A stretch of DNA of 64,000 nt from Macrostomum lignano (GCA_002269645.1 NIVC01000006.1:186001-250000), one strand, 5' to 3'. Shown: positions 1-12,829, numbered from the stretch's first letter. Notes: generated by a model from the sequence alone, not told the origin. Translations and numbers: made by a program.

Positions 1-1
1 T

Positions 2-3000
2 GACGCCGAGAATATTATTGGAAGGCTTGGCAGGCTGCAGTTTGGCTCTAGCGCCGGCCCCCAGAGCGCCTGGGAGCAGCAGAGTGAGCACGCAATCTCC
101 CAGCCAATCAACATGGGCGGCGGTAGCTCGCGTCTGCAGCAGCAACAGCAACAACAACAACAGCAGCATTCATTGGATAATAACATCACAACGGGTTCGA
201 TGCTGTCTCCTAGTAGCAAAGATCTTATTGCTGTCGGCTTGCGCATAGTCGATCAGGTGTTGGACAGCGGTTCGCCACCCGGCGGCGCCGGGGCTGCCGC
301 TTGCGCAGCATCGTCTAACAACAGCCTGCCAAAGAAGTCTTTAGATACGCCCGTTATCAGTCAGCATCATCAGATGGCCCAGCAGCCGCCGCCGCATCAT
401 CAGCAGCCTCCGCATTTCTCAATGATGCCGCATCATCAGCAGCAGGCTCCGCCAGTCGTGCATAGCAATGGTTACCAACAGCAGCAACAACAGCATCAAC
501 AATATCCTCCTATGCCGCCGCCTCCGCACGTGTCCATGTTTGACTACAATGACCCGAACGCCGCCGCTGCGGCTGCCTTCCTGCAGCAGCAGCAGCAGCT
601 GATTGGCGGTGCTGGAGCTGGACCCGACGGTAACGCCTTCATGGCTGCTTACAGTATTGAGCAGCAACAACAGCCGCATCAGCATAGGCAACTGTTCGAT
701 TCATCAGCCTATGCAGGATTTTATCAACAGCAGCCGGCGCCGCTTGAGGTAGCGTCTTCTTCTTACGAGCAGCAGCAGCAGGAAGATGCGTACCAACAGC
801 TCCAACAGATGGGGGGTTTTGAGCAGCTGCACTCCATGCAGCAGCAGCAGACCGCCAGAGTCCAGTCTCCCGCGCCGCATCTTCAGCACGGCCTTCAGCA
901 GCCGCCGCAGCTTTCTCACCACCAGCATCAGCAGCAGCATGGCAGCAGCTTGTTTGGCCCATTCGGAGCCCAGACTCCGCCTCTGACGCCGCCCCATCAT
1001 CAGGACCCGGCCATCGCTGCCTATTCCGGCCCGTTTGGCGCCGGTGGCCCCGCCGCGTCTGGCACCGGTAGCGGGATGAACATGCTGCCGCCGGCCGCCC
1101 AGTTTTATGGATTCCAGTATCCGCCAACTATGCTGATGCAGCAGCAACAGCAGGCTCAGCAGAACCGTCAGTCCACGCCTTTCAAAGCTCCGACGCCGGA
1201 CTTGGCGCTGTTCGGCGCCGCTTCGCCTCCACCGCACACGCCGCCAGCTATGGGGCCGGGCGCGCCCCCTTATCTTGCCATGGCTCGCCTTGATCAGCAG
1301 CACCATCAGGCTGGATTCTTTGCCCCGCCGCCGCCTCAGCATCATCACCACCAGCTTCAGCAGCATGGCCAGCAGCAGGGGCATCATTTCCAAAATCAGC
1401 AGCATCAGCAGCCAGCGCATCATCACCATCATCATATGCGCGGTCTGAGCGCTGTAGGCGTTGGCAGCGAGTCGGTCGGCAGGTCCCGCCTGCTCGAAGA
1501 CTTCAGGCAGAACCGCGTGCCAAGTCTCAGTCTGAAAGACCTGACTGGTCACGTGGTGGAGTTTGCTCAGGACCAGCACGGGTCCAGATTTATCCAGCAG
1601 AAATTAGAGACAGCCAATCCACCGGATAAGACGCAGGTGTTTACTGAGCTGCTCCAATCTGCTAACGCTCTGATGACTGACGTGTTTGGCAATTATGTTA
1701 TACAGAAATTCTTCGAATTCGGCACACCGGAGCAGAAGCAGATCCTGGCGCAGAGGGTTCGCGGCCAAGTGCTGTCTCTGGCGTTGCAGATGTACGGCTG
1801 CAGAGTGATTCAGAAAGCGCTGGAGTCTCTGCCTACTGAGCAGCAAGTAGAGATTGTTAGCGAGCTTCAGGTGAGAAGCTGCATAATTAGTTTATTAACT
1901 ACCTTTGTTTATTACTGCCGTCAGTCAGCTTAACTTACAACTCTTACAAAATTCCATCTTATAGGACAACGTGCTAAAGTGCGTCAAAGATCAGAATGGC
2001 AATCATGTCGTGCAAAAATGCATCGAGTGCGTTGATCCAGCGCATTTGAACTTCATTGTGGAAGCATTCAAAGGACAGGTTTGTGGAATTGGAACTTGTG
2101 CACCCTTGCCTCTGTGGTCTCACTCTTGTCTCTGCTGTCTCTGTGGTCTCACTCTTGTCTCTGCTGTCTCTGTGGTCTCACTCTTGTCTCTGCTGTCTCT
2201 GTGGCCTCACTCTTGTCTCTGCTGCCTCTGTGGTCTCACTCTTGTCTCTGCTGTCTCTGTGGTCTCACTCTTGTCTCTGCTGTCTCTGTGGTGTCACTCT
2301 TGTCTCTGCTGTCTCTGTGGTCTCATTATTGTCTCTGCTGTCTCTGTGGTCTCATTATTGTCTCTGCTGTCTCTGTGGTCTCACTCTTGTCTCTGCTGTC
2401 TCTGTGGTCTCATTATTGTCTCTGCTGTCTCTGTGGTCTCATTATTGTCTCTGCTGTCGCTGTGGTCTCATTATTGTCTCTGCTGTCTCTGTGGTCTCAT
2501 TATTGTCTCTGCTGTCGCTGTGGTCTCATTATTGTCTCTGCTGTCTCTGTGGTCTCATTATTGTCTCTGCTGTCTCTGTGGTCTCATTCTTGTCTCTGCT
2601 GTCTCTGGTCTCACACTTTGTCTCTGTGGCCTCACTCTTGTCTCTGCTGTCTCTGTGGCCTCACTCTTGTCTCTGCTGTCTCTGTGGCCTCACTCTTGTC
2701 TCTGCTGTCTCTGTGGCCTCACTCTTGTCTCTGCTGTCTCTGTGGTGTCACTCTTGTCTCTGCTGTCTCTGTCGTCTCACACTTTGTCTCTGTGGTCTCC
2801 TTGGTAACCAGCCTGCCAACTTCCCTCAGGTGGTCGCGCTCTCAACGCACCCCTATGGCTGCCGGGTGATCCAGCGCATTCTTGAGCACTGCACGCCTGC
2901 TCAGACTCAATCAGTGCTGGAGGAGCTGCACCAGAACACTGAACAGCTTGTGCAGGACCAGTATGGGAACTATGTTATTCAGGTATGGCAATGCCCTGTT

Positions 3001-3943
3001 AGGCCTGAGGCCTGAGCTCATCATGCTTTCGGAATTTTTTCATTTTGTTTAATCATTGAGAGATAATAAAAACTAGATCTCAGGTTGAGAATTTGCAGCT
3101 TAATCTCTAAGTGTAGATTTTTTCGCTAATATAGGGTGAGATCTGTGAGCTAAATCTCAGGGCGAGATCTGTGAGCTAAATCTCAGGGCGAGATCTGTGA
3201 GCTAAATCTCAAGGTGAGATCTGTGAGCGAAATCTCAGGGTGAGATCTGTGAGCGAAATCTCAGGGTGAGATCTGTGGGGTAAATCTCAAGGTGAGATCT
3301 GTGAGCGAAATCTCAGGGTGAGATATGTGAGCGAAATCTCAGGGTGAGATCTATGGGGTAAATCTCAGAATCTCAGCAGTCTAATCAGTGGATAAACTAA
3401 GGCAGCAATAAACTTGAACTCCACCCCCAGCACGTCCTCGAGCACGGCAAGCCGGAGGACAAGAGCCGCATGGTGTCGGTGCTGCGGGGCAAGATTGTCA
3501 CCCTGTCTACTCACAAATTCGCCAGCAATGTAGTGGAAAAGCTGGTCACCCACGCCAGCAGGCAGGAGAGGCAGGCGCTGGTGTCCGAGATTCTGGACGA
3601 TCCAGACCAGCAGACTCTGTACAACATGATGAAGGACCAGTTCGCCAATTACGTCATCCAGCGCATTCTAGACGTGGCAGACGCCAACCAGAGAAAAGTG
3701 CTGATGCACCGGATCCGGCCGCACATCACCGGGTTAAAGAAGTTCACCTACGGCAAGCATATTATCAGCAAGATGGAGAAGTACTTTATGAAGACCTGCG
3801 GCTCCGAGCTCGGCGGCGGCAGCGGCGAAGACAGCCCCGGCAGCAGTCGGGGAAGTCGGCAATCGTTGAATTCCGGCGCCCAGCTGACTGGCAGGAATGG
3901 CGGCGCGGTTGACAATGTTGATAGTAACGGAGCAACTGCTTGA
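2..3943 (+). CDS. pum: Pumilio (PUF-domain) RNA-binding translational repressor, 5'-partial; exons <2-1870, 1965-2078, 2830-2982, 3431-3943
   Basis: Eight PUF repeats with canonical triplets (SRFIQ, NYVIQ, CRVIQ, NHVVQ, CRVIQ, NYVIQ, SNVVE, NYVIQ). GT-AG introns 1871-1964, 2079-2829 and 2983-3430 are all phase 0 and join ELQ|DNVLKC, FKGQ|VVALST, YVIQ|HVLEHG. The frame is open from base 2, upstream of the ATG at 113, and reads [17 protein letters not shown], resembling vertebrate PUM SAWGTSDHSVSQPIMV, so the true start lies left of the window. Confidence 0.97.
2108..2795. repeat. 29-bp minisatellite (CTCTGTGGTCTCACTCTTGTCTCTGCTGT)n filling pum intron 2
   Basis: About 23 units read directly. 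The long Cys/Leu/Ser ORFs 1971-3015 are by-products of the array. Confidence 0.95.
3135..3370. repeat. 26-bp minisatellite (GAGATCTGTGAGCTAAATCTCAGGGT)n in pum intron 3
   Basis: About 9 units, each with a GAGAT...ATCTC inverted repeat. Confidence 0.93.
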
Positions 3944-5177
3944 TGAGGCAACTATTTATGATCCCAAGTTTCTACTCAGCATCCGGCTTCGAATCTTTGA
4001 TTCTATCGGTTTTCAAATCCCAAATATGGGATTATAATTCATAATTGAGGATTTTAATCGAAGCAGTTGGGATAAAAGCAGTAGATTCTATTGATTTTCA
4101 AATCCCTAATATGGGATCATAATTCATAAATGAGGTTTTTAAGAAATTTGTATGCGTGAACAGCCTTATTTAATTGGTTAATTTCCTTTTCCTGTTTCAA
4201 GTCAGATCGGTTTGCTTGCTGATTGAAATTGTTTTATTCTAATAATTATGGTTTTCTTTCCCAAAATAAATCCTATTGTACAACTTGCACGGAACCTATG
4301 TAATTTTTTCCTCCTTAGTGGCTTGCACTTTTCCGATTTATAATTTGTGAAAAATTTATCATTGTCTATTAATGCCGCTTATAGTAAAAAGCACTGTTAT
4401 ATTATTTATTTAATTATTTAATCTCTTTTATTATTTATTATTCGCTGTATCGCTTCCAAGTTTTTGCGGCGACCGCTGTTTGCTTTTTTGTTTAATTCAA
4501 CTTCTTTTTTTTGCGCTGTTCGGTCAGTTTTTCCTTTCAGGCGCAACTTATGCTACTTATTTAGTAGAAATATTCGGATATTGCAGGATAAGTTTATTCG
4601 TTACTTTTAAATTATCGATTTATATTTTCCGCCTTAAGCTAATGGTAAGTTTTTCTAATGTGCTGCAACTTATTGATTGACTTTCTCAGAAGCACCCGAT
4701 GCCCCTTGCATCTGTGTAAACCTCTCCATAGTGAGCATCCTGTAAGTAACTCGATGGCATTCGTGTGGATTTTAAACATAATGAATCAGCAGTGCATACA
4801 GTAGTTGTACAGTACTGTGTTATGTGGCTATTGGTTGGCTTTGTCTGTGTAAAACAGTTTGTAAAGTTTATTGCAAAAGTGTACAGTGTACTTATATAGC
4901 CTTAGTATGGAAACTATTAGCTGAAAGTGAAATCTTATAGTGCTTGAAGATTTGTTATCTTATGCCGATTTTTTTCTTTTGGTGACCGGCCTGGATAAAT
5001 TTATTTAAATTGCGCTTTAAAACTTGTTGATTTGTTCATTATAGTTGTTGTTTATCTGGCATGTCTTAGCTATCCCGCACTTTTATCCCCACAACTGATT
5101 CTGCAACCTTTTTATGACGATTTTCCTTAGCAAACCCGCCTCAAATGATAGCTGCATTGTCCTGCCAGCGAGCTCAA

Positions 5178-5695
5178 GTATCCTCTATGAGTATGACACG
5201 TTATCACGTTATACCCTCTATGAGTATGACACGTTATACCCTCTATGAGTGTGACGCGTTATACCCTCTATGAGTATGACCCGTCATACCCTCTATGAGT
5301 ATGACACGTTATACCCTCTATGAGTATGACCCGTCATACCCTCTATGAGTATGACACGTTATACCCTCTATGAGTATGACCCGTCATACCCTCTGAGTAT
5401 GACACGTTATACCCTCTATGAGTATGACCCGCCATACCCTCTATGAGTATGACCCGTCATACCCTCTATGAGTATGACCCGTCATACCCTCTATGAGTAT
5501 GACCTGTCATACCCTCTATGAGTATGACCCGTCATACCCTCTATGAGTATGACCCGCCATATCCTCTATGAGTATGACCCGTCATACCCTCTATGAGTAT
5601 GACCCGTCATACCCTCTATGAGTATGACCCGCCATACCCTCTATGAGTATGACCCGCCATACCCTCTATGAGTATGACCCTGCATCCTCCATGAG
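5178..5695. repeat. 25-bp minisatellite (ATACCCTCTATGAGTATGACCCGTC)n
   Basis: About 20 units read directly. Confidence 0.95.
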
Positions 5696-6254
5696 AAAAA
5701 AGTGAGCACTGAGCCTCGCCCGGTCCCAATGTAGCTATGCATTCGTGTATTTGTCTAACTTGTTTCTTTATTTAAACTTACCCCGATATGACGCATTTTA
5801 TGACTGCGTCTAATGCTATAGAAATGTTTGTTTAAATCGCAGCTGTCGGCATGCTACTGCTCTGATCAGCATATCTGATGATTTTCTTGGCTTTTTTCAG
5901 AATTATCTTATCGACAATTTCAATTATGAATTATGATTATTATATATTGATTGTATCTTGCTCCACGCGATATTGTTTCCCATTGCGGCTTTATACCTTT
6001 ATATTTATCCTTCGCTTATAAAATTAAAGTACATGCAACCCCTACTCTGATTGTAGTCCCTGACCTGTGCGCTACCTGTCTAATCTGTCTATTCAGTTCT
6101 ACTATAATTAAATATATTATGCAACTAACATTAATTTTATGCACTAACAGGCTCATCGTTCATTTATGCGAACCAACCAAGAGCTGACAACTAACTGATG
6201 TGCTGTTTTTGCCTTCTCGAAGTAATGTTTGCATCAGCGTGGATTACCAGAGTT

Positions 6255-8275
6255 CACTGAATGATCCCGGTTCTCTGATACTGAGTGATCCCGATTCTCT
6301 GATACTGAGTGATCCCGGTTCTCTGATACTGAGTGATCCCGATTCTCTGATACTGAGTGATCCCGATTCTCTGATACTGAGTGATCCCGATTCTCTGATA
6401 CTGAATGATCCCGATTCTCTGAAACTGAATGATCCCGATTCTCTGATACTGAATGATCCCGATTCTCTGATACTGAATGATCCTGATTCTCTGATACTGA
6501 ATGATCCCGATTCTCTGATACTGAATGATCCCGATTCTCTGATACTGAATGATCCCGATTCTCTGATACTGAATGATCACGATTCTCTGATACTGAATGA
6601 TCCCGATTCTCTGATATTGAATGATCCCGATTCTCTGAAACTGAATGATCCCGATTCTCTGATACTGAATGATCCCGATTCTCTGATATTGAATGATCCC
6701 GATTCTCTGATACTGAATGATCCCGATTCTCTGATACTGAATGATCCCGATTCTCTGATACTGAATGATCCCGATTCTCTGATATTGAATGATCCCGATT
6801 CTCTGAAACTGAATGATCCCGATTCTCTGATACTGAATGATCCCGATTCTCTGATATTGAATGATCCCGTTTCTCTGATACTGAATGATCCCGATTCTCT
6901 GATACTGAATGATCCCGATTCTCTGATACTGAATGATCCCGATTCTCTGAAACTGAATGATCCCGATTCTCTGATACTGAATGATCCCGATTCTCTGATA
7001 TTGAATGATCCCGTTTCTCTGATACTGAATGATCCCGATTCTCTGATACTGAATGATCCCGATTCTCTGATACTGAATGATCCCGATTCTCTGAAACTGA
7101 ATGATCCCGATTCTCTGATATTGAATGATCCCGATTCTCTGATACTGAATGATCCCGATTCTCTGATACTGAATGATCCCGATTCTCTGATATTGAATGA
7201 TCCCGATTCTCTGATACTGAATGATCCCGATTCTCTGATACTGAATGATCCCGATTCTCTGATACTGAATGATCCCAATTCTCTGATATTGAATGATCCC
7301 GATTCTCTGATACTGAATGATCCCGATTCTCTGATATTGAATGATCCCGATTCTCTGATACTCTGAATGATCCCGATTCTCTGATTTTGAATGATCCCGA
7401 TTCTCTGATACTGAATGATCCCGATTCTCTGATACTCTGAATGATCCCGATTCTCTGATATTGAATGATCCCATTTCTCTGATACTGAATGATCCCGATT
7501 CTCTGATACTGAATGATCCCGATTCTCTGATATTGAATGATCCCGATTCTCTGAAACTGTGATCCTGATTCTCTGATACTGAATGATCCCATTTATCTGA
7601 TACTGAATGATCCCGATTCTCTGATACTGAATGATCCCGATTCTCTGATTTTGAATGATCCCGATTCTCTGATACTGAATGATCCCGATTCTCTGATACT
7701 CTGAATGATCCCGATTCTCTGATATTGAATGATCCCGATTCTCTGAAACTGTGATCCCGATTCTCTGATACTGAATGATCCCATTTCTCTGATACTGAAT
7801 GATCCCGATTCTCTGATACTGAATGATCCCGATTCTCTGATACTGAATGATCCCGATTCTCTGATACTGAATGATCCCGATTCTCTGATACTGAATGATC
7901 CCGATTCTCTGATACTGAATGATCCCATTTCTCTGATACTGAATGATCCCGATTCTCTGATACTGAATGATCCCGATTCTCTGAAACTGTGATCCCGATT
8001 CTCTGATACTGAATGATCCCGATTCTCTGATACTGAATGATCCCGATTCTCTGATACTGAATGATCCCGATTCTCTGATACTGAATAATCCCGAATCCCT
8101 GATACTGAATGATCCCGATTCTCTGATACTGAATGATCCCGATTCTCTGATACTGAATGATCCCGATTCTCTGATACTGAATGATCCCGATTCTCTGATA
8201 CTGAATGATCCCGATTCTCTGATACTGAATGATCCTGATTCTGATACTGAATGATCCCGATTCCGATACTGAATG
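6255..8275. repeat. 24-bp minisatellite (CTGAATGATCCCGATTCTCTGATA)n, about 2 kb
   Basis: About 84 units. It generates the spurious LNDPDSLI, SENRDHSV and QYQRIGII ORFs. Confidence 0.97.
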
Positions 8276-9334
8276 GTTTCAGTCAGATTCTCAAAAAGTA
8301 AGTCAAACAGCAGGATTTGTGTTAAACAAAAGTGTTGCTGATAAAGCATTACGCGCTTAAAAGCACCATTGATTGTCACGTGACACGCTGGCACATTAAA
8401 AATCAGAGTGACTGCTTCTGTATTTCGATATTTAGAAGTTGTTCCGGTAGTACGATTGTAAGTGAAAAATCATTCAATGGTGTTTGATTGTTTGCAAATT
8501 TACTAATGATGTGTGAACGACTGTACTACATTGTCTATTTGAACAAGTATTAAATACTCGTACATTCTTTTGGGCGTCATCAAAAACGCATGGACAATAA
8601 GTTTTGGTTTGTTGACAAAAAAGTACCGTACTGGTGAATGTGGGAAAGGGTTTTATGAATCCGATCGTTGAAATGTTTGATTAAAAGTGTTAATCATTCG
8701 GTTTTGTGAATAGCATTCAGACTGACGCATAAAGTAAGCCACTTTACTGAAGGAAATGGAGCATTTCCAATATCTATGCTAGGCCCGGGTATTTTATTAT
8801 TCACACGGTTTTCATAAGACCCCTGAAGTCTATAATATACGCTCCTAACTGCTCATATTTAAGGCTGATATTTAACACTGGTACTCGTAGTCCACAATAA
8901 CAGTAATGACCTGCTGGACAATGTAACACAGGGAAAAATTACCGGTAAAAACTGACTGCAACAAATCGTGCAAATTTTTGGGCCAATTTTTGCTGCAAAA
9001 TGCATTGACGAGATGGGGAATTCTCGGGTTTCTTTTTATAGTACTAAAAATTCCAATACTTGGACTTCCGTATTGCAACATGGCGTTTTCGTTTTTTCAA
9101 GCTGTTTTTGTTTATGTTTATGATTTGTGTGATTCGAATAACACTGCATCAGTTTTCAATAACTACGAGCGTAACTGCGTTTCCAATTACTTGGGCTTCA
9201 AGCAGGTCTTCATCTATTGCAATCAAAACGACAGTTAAGTACAACTAAAGATAGCATCGGGAGTTCTCTCTCTCTCTCTCTCTCTGACTTGTCCAGCAGC
9301 AAAACAAGCGACATTCGATCATCTGCTATTTCTT

Positions 9335-9904
9335 TTAAAGTACATCACACTCTTTCTTAGCCTTGCCCGAGCCTCCGATCGCAACTCTGACCGCTTCGTC
9401 GAACACGTCCTTGAGTCCTACGCGAGTGAGCGCTGAGCACTCCAGATACGTCACAGCCTTGATCTCCTTGGCAACGAGTTTCGCTCGTTTTCGCGTCACT
9501 TCATTGCCCGTCGAGTCGCCGCTGCCGCGCAGGTCCAGCTTGGTGCCGACTAGAATGACTGGCGCCTGCGGAGCGTGGTGCCGCACCTCCGGGTTCCACT
9601 TGTCGATGACATTGTCCAAGCTGGTGGAGTTCACCAGCGAGAAGCAGACGAGAAACACGCTGGTGTAGGGGTAGCTGAGCGACCGCAGTCGGTCGTAGCC
9701 CTCCTGCCCGGCGGTGTCGCACAGCCTGAGGCGGAAGGACCTGCCGTCCACCACAACATTGGCGCTCCATTCGTCGAAAACGATGGGCAGGTACTCCTTA
9801 GGAAAGGTGTTTGTGGTGTAGGCCATCAGCAGGCAGGTTTTCCCGACCTCGCCGTCACCGACAGCGACGCATTTCACTTCGTCCGGCGTCTTCGGAGCGG
9901 CCAT
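9335..9904 (-). CDS. Rho-family (Rac-like) small GTPase, copy 1, intronless, 189 aa; switch-I Thr replaced by Ile
   Basis: G1 GDGEVGKT, G3 DTAGQE, G4 TKLD, G5 CSAL and a C-terminal CaaX (CDVL). WNPEVRHH and VFDEAVR match Rac. Confidence 0.93.
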   Translation of the reverse strand: MAAPKTPDEVKCVAVGDGEVGKTCLLMAYTTNTFPKEYLPIVFDEWSANVVVDGRSFRLRLCDTAGQEGYDRLRSLSYPYTSVFLVCFSLVNSTSLDNVIDKWNPEVRHHAPQAPVILVGTKLDLRGSGDSTGNEVTRKRAKLVAKEIKAVTYLECSALTRVGLKDVFDEAVRVAIGGSGKAKKECDVL

Positions 9905-10477
9905 GGAGGATTCGTCAGCTAAGCTAAGGACTGTGCTAGACTTACTGCTTCGTTGAGACGTCCTGGCGCCTTCCCTGTAGCATGGAGCGCCTTCTTATCA
10001 AGCTGAGATAAAATTTAGCAGGAGAGCTCAGCAGCTTGTAAAGAGGCAGCCGAATGCTTTCTATTATCCAAGCCGCAGCCAGCCGGTCCTCTCATTGGCT
10101 GGCCCGCAAGCAGAGTGTGAGCTTTGAACTGAGCTGAGCTCACAGTGTCTTGCCGTACAGCCGACAGTAACCCGGCTAATTTTGTCTGTGCCAGCGCGAC
10201 AGGGACACATAAGAACATAGCCACCAGAACTTTAACTACACTATATGCTGCTATTAGTAGAGTTTAAAGAGACTACTAAAGACTACTAATTCTACTGACA
10301 GACTTGAAGGATATTTGTTGCACAGACCTTGGCGACTGTATAGAGATAGACAAGCATCCCGCAGGATCCGTGACGATCATTAAAACGGCTGCACACAGAA
10401 GGTAAAAGCCATAAATATCTACACTAAACAGTTTTTCAGACCCTAATATACATGGATGGATGCGGGATAGATAATGG

Positions 10478-10659
10478 GGCCATAGGCCATAGACCACGGC
10501 GCTCTAATGATATGCCAGCGGCCCAGACTCGATTCCAAGTGCAGTCATATTCATTTGGGGATGAATTGGAATCTCGGCTTGGGGTTTGCTCGTGCAAAAT
10601 TATTAACACCCTTGAAGGCCAACCCCCAAGGCGCAGTAAAGTGTACTTGCCTAACGATC
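10478..10659 (+). mobile_element. Truncated, diverged copy of SINE family 1
   Basis: GGGGCCATAG...GACTCGATTCCAAGTGCAGTCA...CCCCAAGGCGCAGTAAAGTGTACTTGCCTAACGAT aligns to the 13662 element and is cut at the duplication junction. Confidence 0.8.
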
Positions 10660-11592
10660 ACCCGATTCTGATAGTTTCAGTCAAGTTCTCCAAAAGTAAG
10701 TCAAACAGCAGGATTTGTGTTGAACAAAAGTGTTGATGCGCTAAAGCAGCATTGATTGTCACGTGACACGCTGGCACCTTAAAAATCGGATTGACTGCTT
10801 CTGTATTTCGATATTTAGAAGTTGGTCCGGTAGTACGAGTGTATATGAAAAATCATTCAATGGTGTTTGATTGTTTGCAAATTTAACAATGATGTGTGAA
10901 CGGCTGTACTGCACTGTCTATTTGAACAAGTATTAAATACATTATTTAGGGCCTCATAAAAAACGCATGGACAATAAGTTTTGGTTTGTTGACAAAAAAG
11001 TAACATAAATCATTCGGTTTTGTGAATAGCATTTAGACTGACGGCATAAAGTAAGCCACTTTACGGATATCTCTGCTAGGGTACTTTATTCAAAGGGTTT
11101 TCATAAGACCCCTGAAGTCTATAATATACGTACCTTACCTACTTGCTTACGTTCACCTAATATTTCTAAGAAACGAAACGACTAAAGTCTTCCTGCAATT
11201 CGAACTGCTCATATTTATGGTTGATATTTAACACTGGTACTCGTAGTCCACAATAACAGTAATGACCTGCTGGACAATGTAACACGGAAGAATTACCAAA
11301 TTTTGCTGCAAAATGCATCGACGAGATGGGAAGGACAATACTTGGACTTCGTATTACAACATGGCGTTTTTGTTTTTTTCAAGCTATTTGTTTAAAATTT
11401 GCGTGATTAGAATAACACTGCACCAGTTGTCAATGACTAACTGCGTTTTTAATTGTACTTGGGCTTCGAGAGCAAGTCTTCATCTAATGCAATCAAAATT
11501 ACAATATAGTACGGCTAAAGATAGCATCGAGTTCTCTCTCTCTGACTTGTTCAGCAGCAAAACAAGCGATATTCGATCATCTGCTACTTCTT

Positions 11593-12162
11593 TTAAAGTA
11601 CATCGCACTCATTCTTAGCCTTGCCCGAGCCTCCGATCGCAACTCTGACCGCTTCGTCGAACACGTCCTTGAGTCCTACGCGAGTGAGCGCTGAGCACTC
11701 CAGATACGTCACAGCCTTGATCTCCTTGGCAACGAGTTTCGCTCGTTTTCGCGTCACTTCATTGCCCGTCGAGTCGCCGCTGCCGCGCAGGTCCAGCTTG
11801 GTGCCGACTAGAATGACTGGCGCCTGCGGAGCGTGGTGCCGCACCTCCGGGTTCCACTTGTCGATGACATTGTCCAAGCTGGTGGAGTTCACCAGCGAGA
11901 AGCAGACGAGAAACACGCTGGTGTAGGGGTAGCTGAGCGGCCGCAGTCGGTCGTAGGCCTCCTGCCCGGCGGTGTCGCACAGCCTGAGGCGGAAGGACCT
12001 GCCGTCCACCTCAACGTTGGCGCTCCATTCGTCGAAAACGGTGGGCAGGTACTCCTTAGGAAAGGTGTTTGTGGTGTAGGCCATCAGCAGGCAGGTTTTC
12101 CCGACCTCGCCGTCACCGACAGCGACGCATTTCACTTCGTCCGGCGTCTTCGGAGCGGCCAT
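11593..12162 (-). CDS. Rho-family (Rac-like) small GTPase, copy 2, intronless, 189 aa
   Basis: Same motifs as copy 1, with EYLPTVFD and RLRPLSY intact. Seven nucleotide differences from copy 1 by eye. Confidence 0.95.
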   Translation of the reverse strand: MAAPKTPDEVKCVAVGDGEVGKTCLLMAYTTNTFPKEYLPTVFDEWSANVEVDGRSFRLRLCDTAGQEAYDRLRPLSYPYTSVFLVCFSLVNSTSLDNVIDKWNPEVRHHAPQAPVILVGTKLDLRGSGDSTGNEVTRKRAKLVAKEIKAVTYLECSALTRVGLKDVFDEAVRVAIGGSGKAKNECDVL

Positions 12163-12829
12163 GGAGGATTCGTCAGCTAAGCTAAGGACTGTGCTAGACT
12201 TACTGCTTCGTTGAGACGTCCTAGCACCTTCCCTGTAGCATGGAGCGCCTTCTTATCAAGCTGAGATAAAATTTAGCAGGAGAGCTCAGCAGAGAAGAGG
12301 CAGCTTGTAAATTCTTTTTTGCACGCTGCATACTCGGATACACCTTAAATAAGAGCGTTCACTTTGCTGAGTACTGTACACCTAGCCAGGAATCTCAAAC
12401 TCGAACAGCCGAATGCTTTCTATTATCCAAGCCGCAGCCAGCCGGTCCTCTCATTGGCTGGCCCGCAAGCAGAGTGTGAGCTTTGAACTGAGCTGAGCTC
12501 ACGGTGTCTTGCCGTACAGCCGACAGTAACCCGGCTAATTTTGTCTGTGCCAGCGCGACAGGGACACATAAGAACATAGCCACCAGAACTTTAACTACAC
12601 TATATGCTGCTATTAGTAGAATTTAAAGAGACTACTAAAGACTACTAATTCTACTGACACACTTGAAGGATATTTGTTGCACGGACCTTGGCGACTGTAT
12701 AGAGATAGACAAGCATCCCGCGGGATCCGTGACGATCATTAAAACGGCTGCACACAGAAGGTAAAAGCCAGAAATATGCTAAACGGTATTTCGGACCCAA
12801 ATAGACACGGACGGATGCGGGATGGATAA

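Noticed and set aside
113-115. ATG at 113 as the pum start codon
   Set aside because: The frame is open to base 2 and encodes a conserved Pumilio N-terminal motif upstream of this ATG.
419-1579. Antisense ORFs over pum, and similar ORFs opposite TTLL, the Rac copies and the channel
   Set aside because: They are expected shadows of GC-rich coding sequence with biased codon use, and show no domain signatures.
6200-8394. Long ORFs of 388-605 aa on both strands
   Set aside because: They are stop-free readings of a 24-bp satellite, open in several frames at once, with no unique domain. The same applies to ORFs at 1971-3015, 26101-27029, 36536-38523 and 58500-61018.
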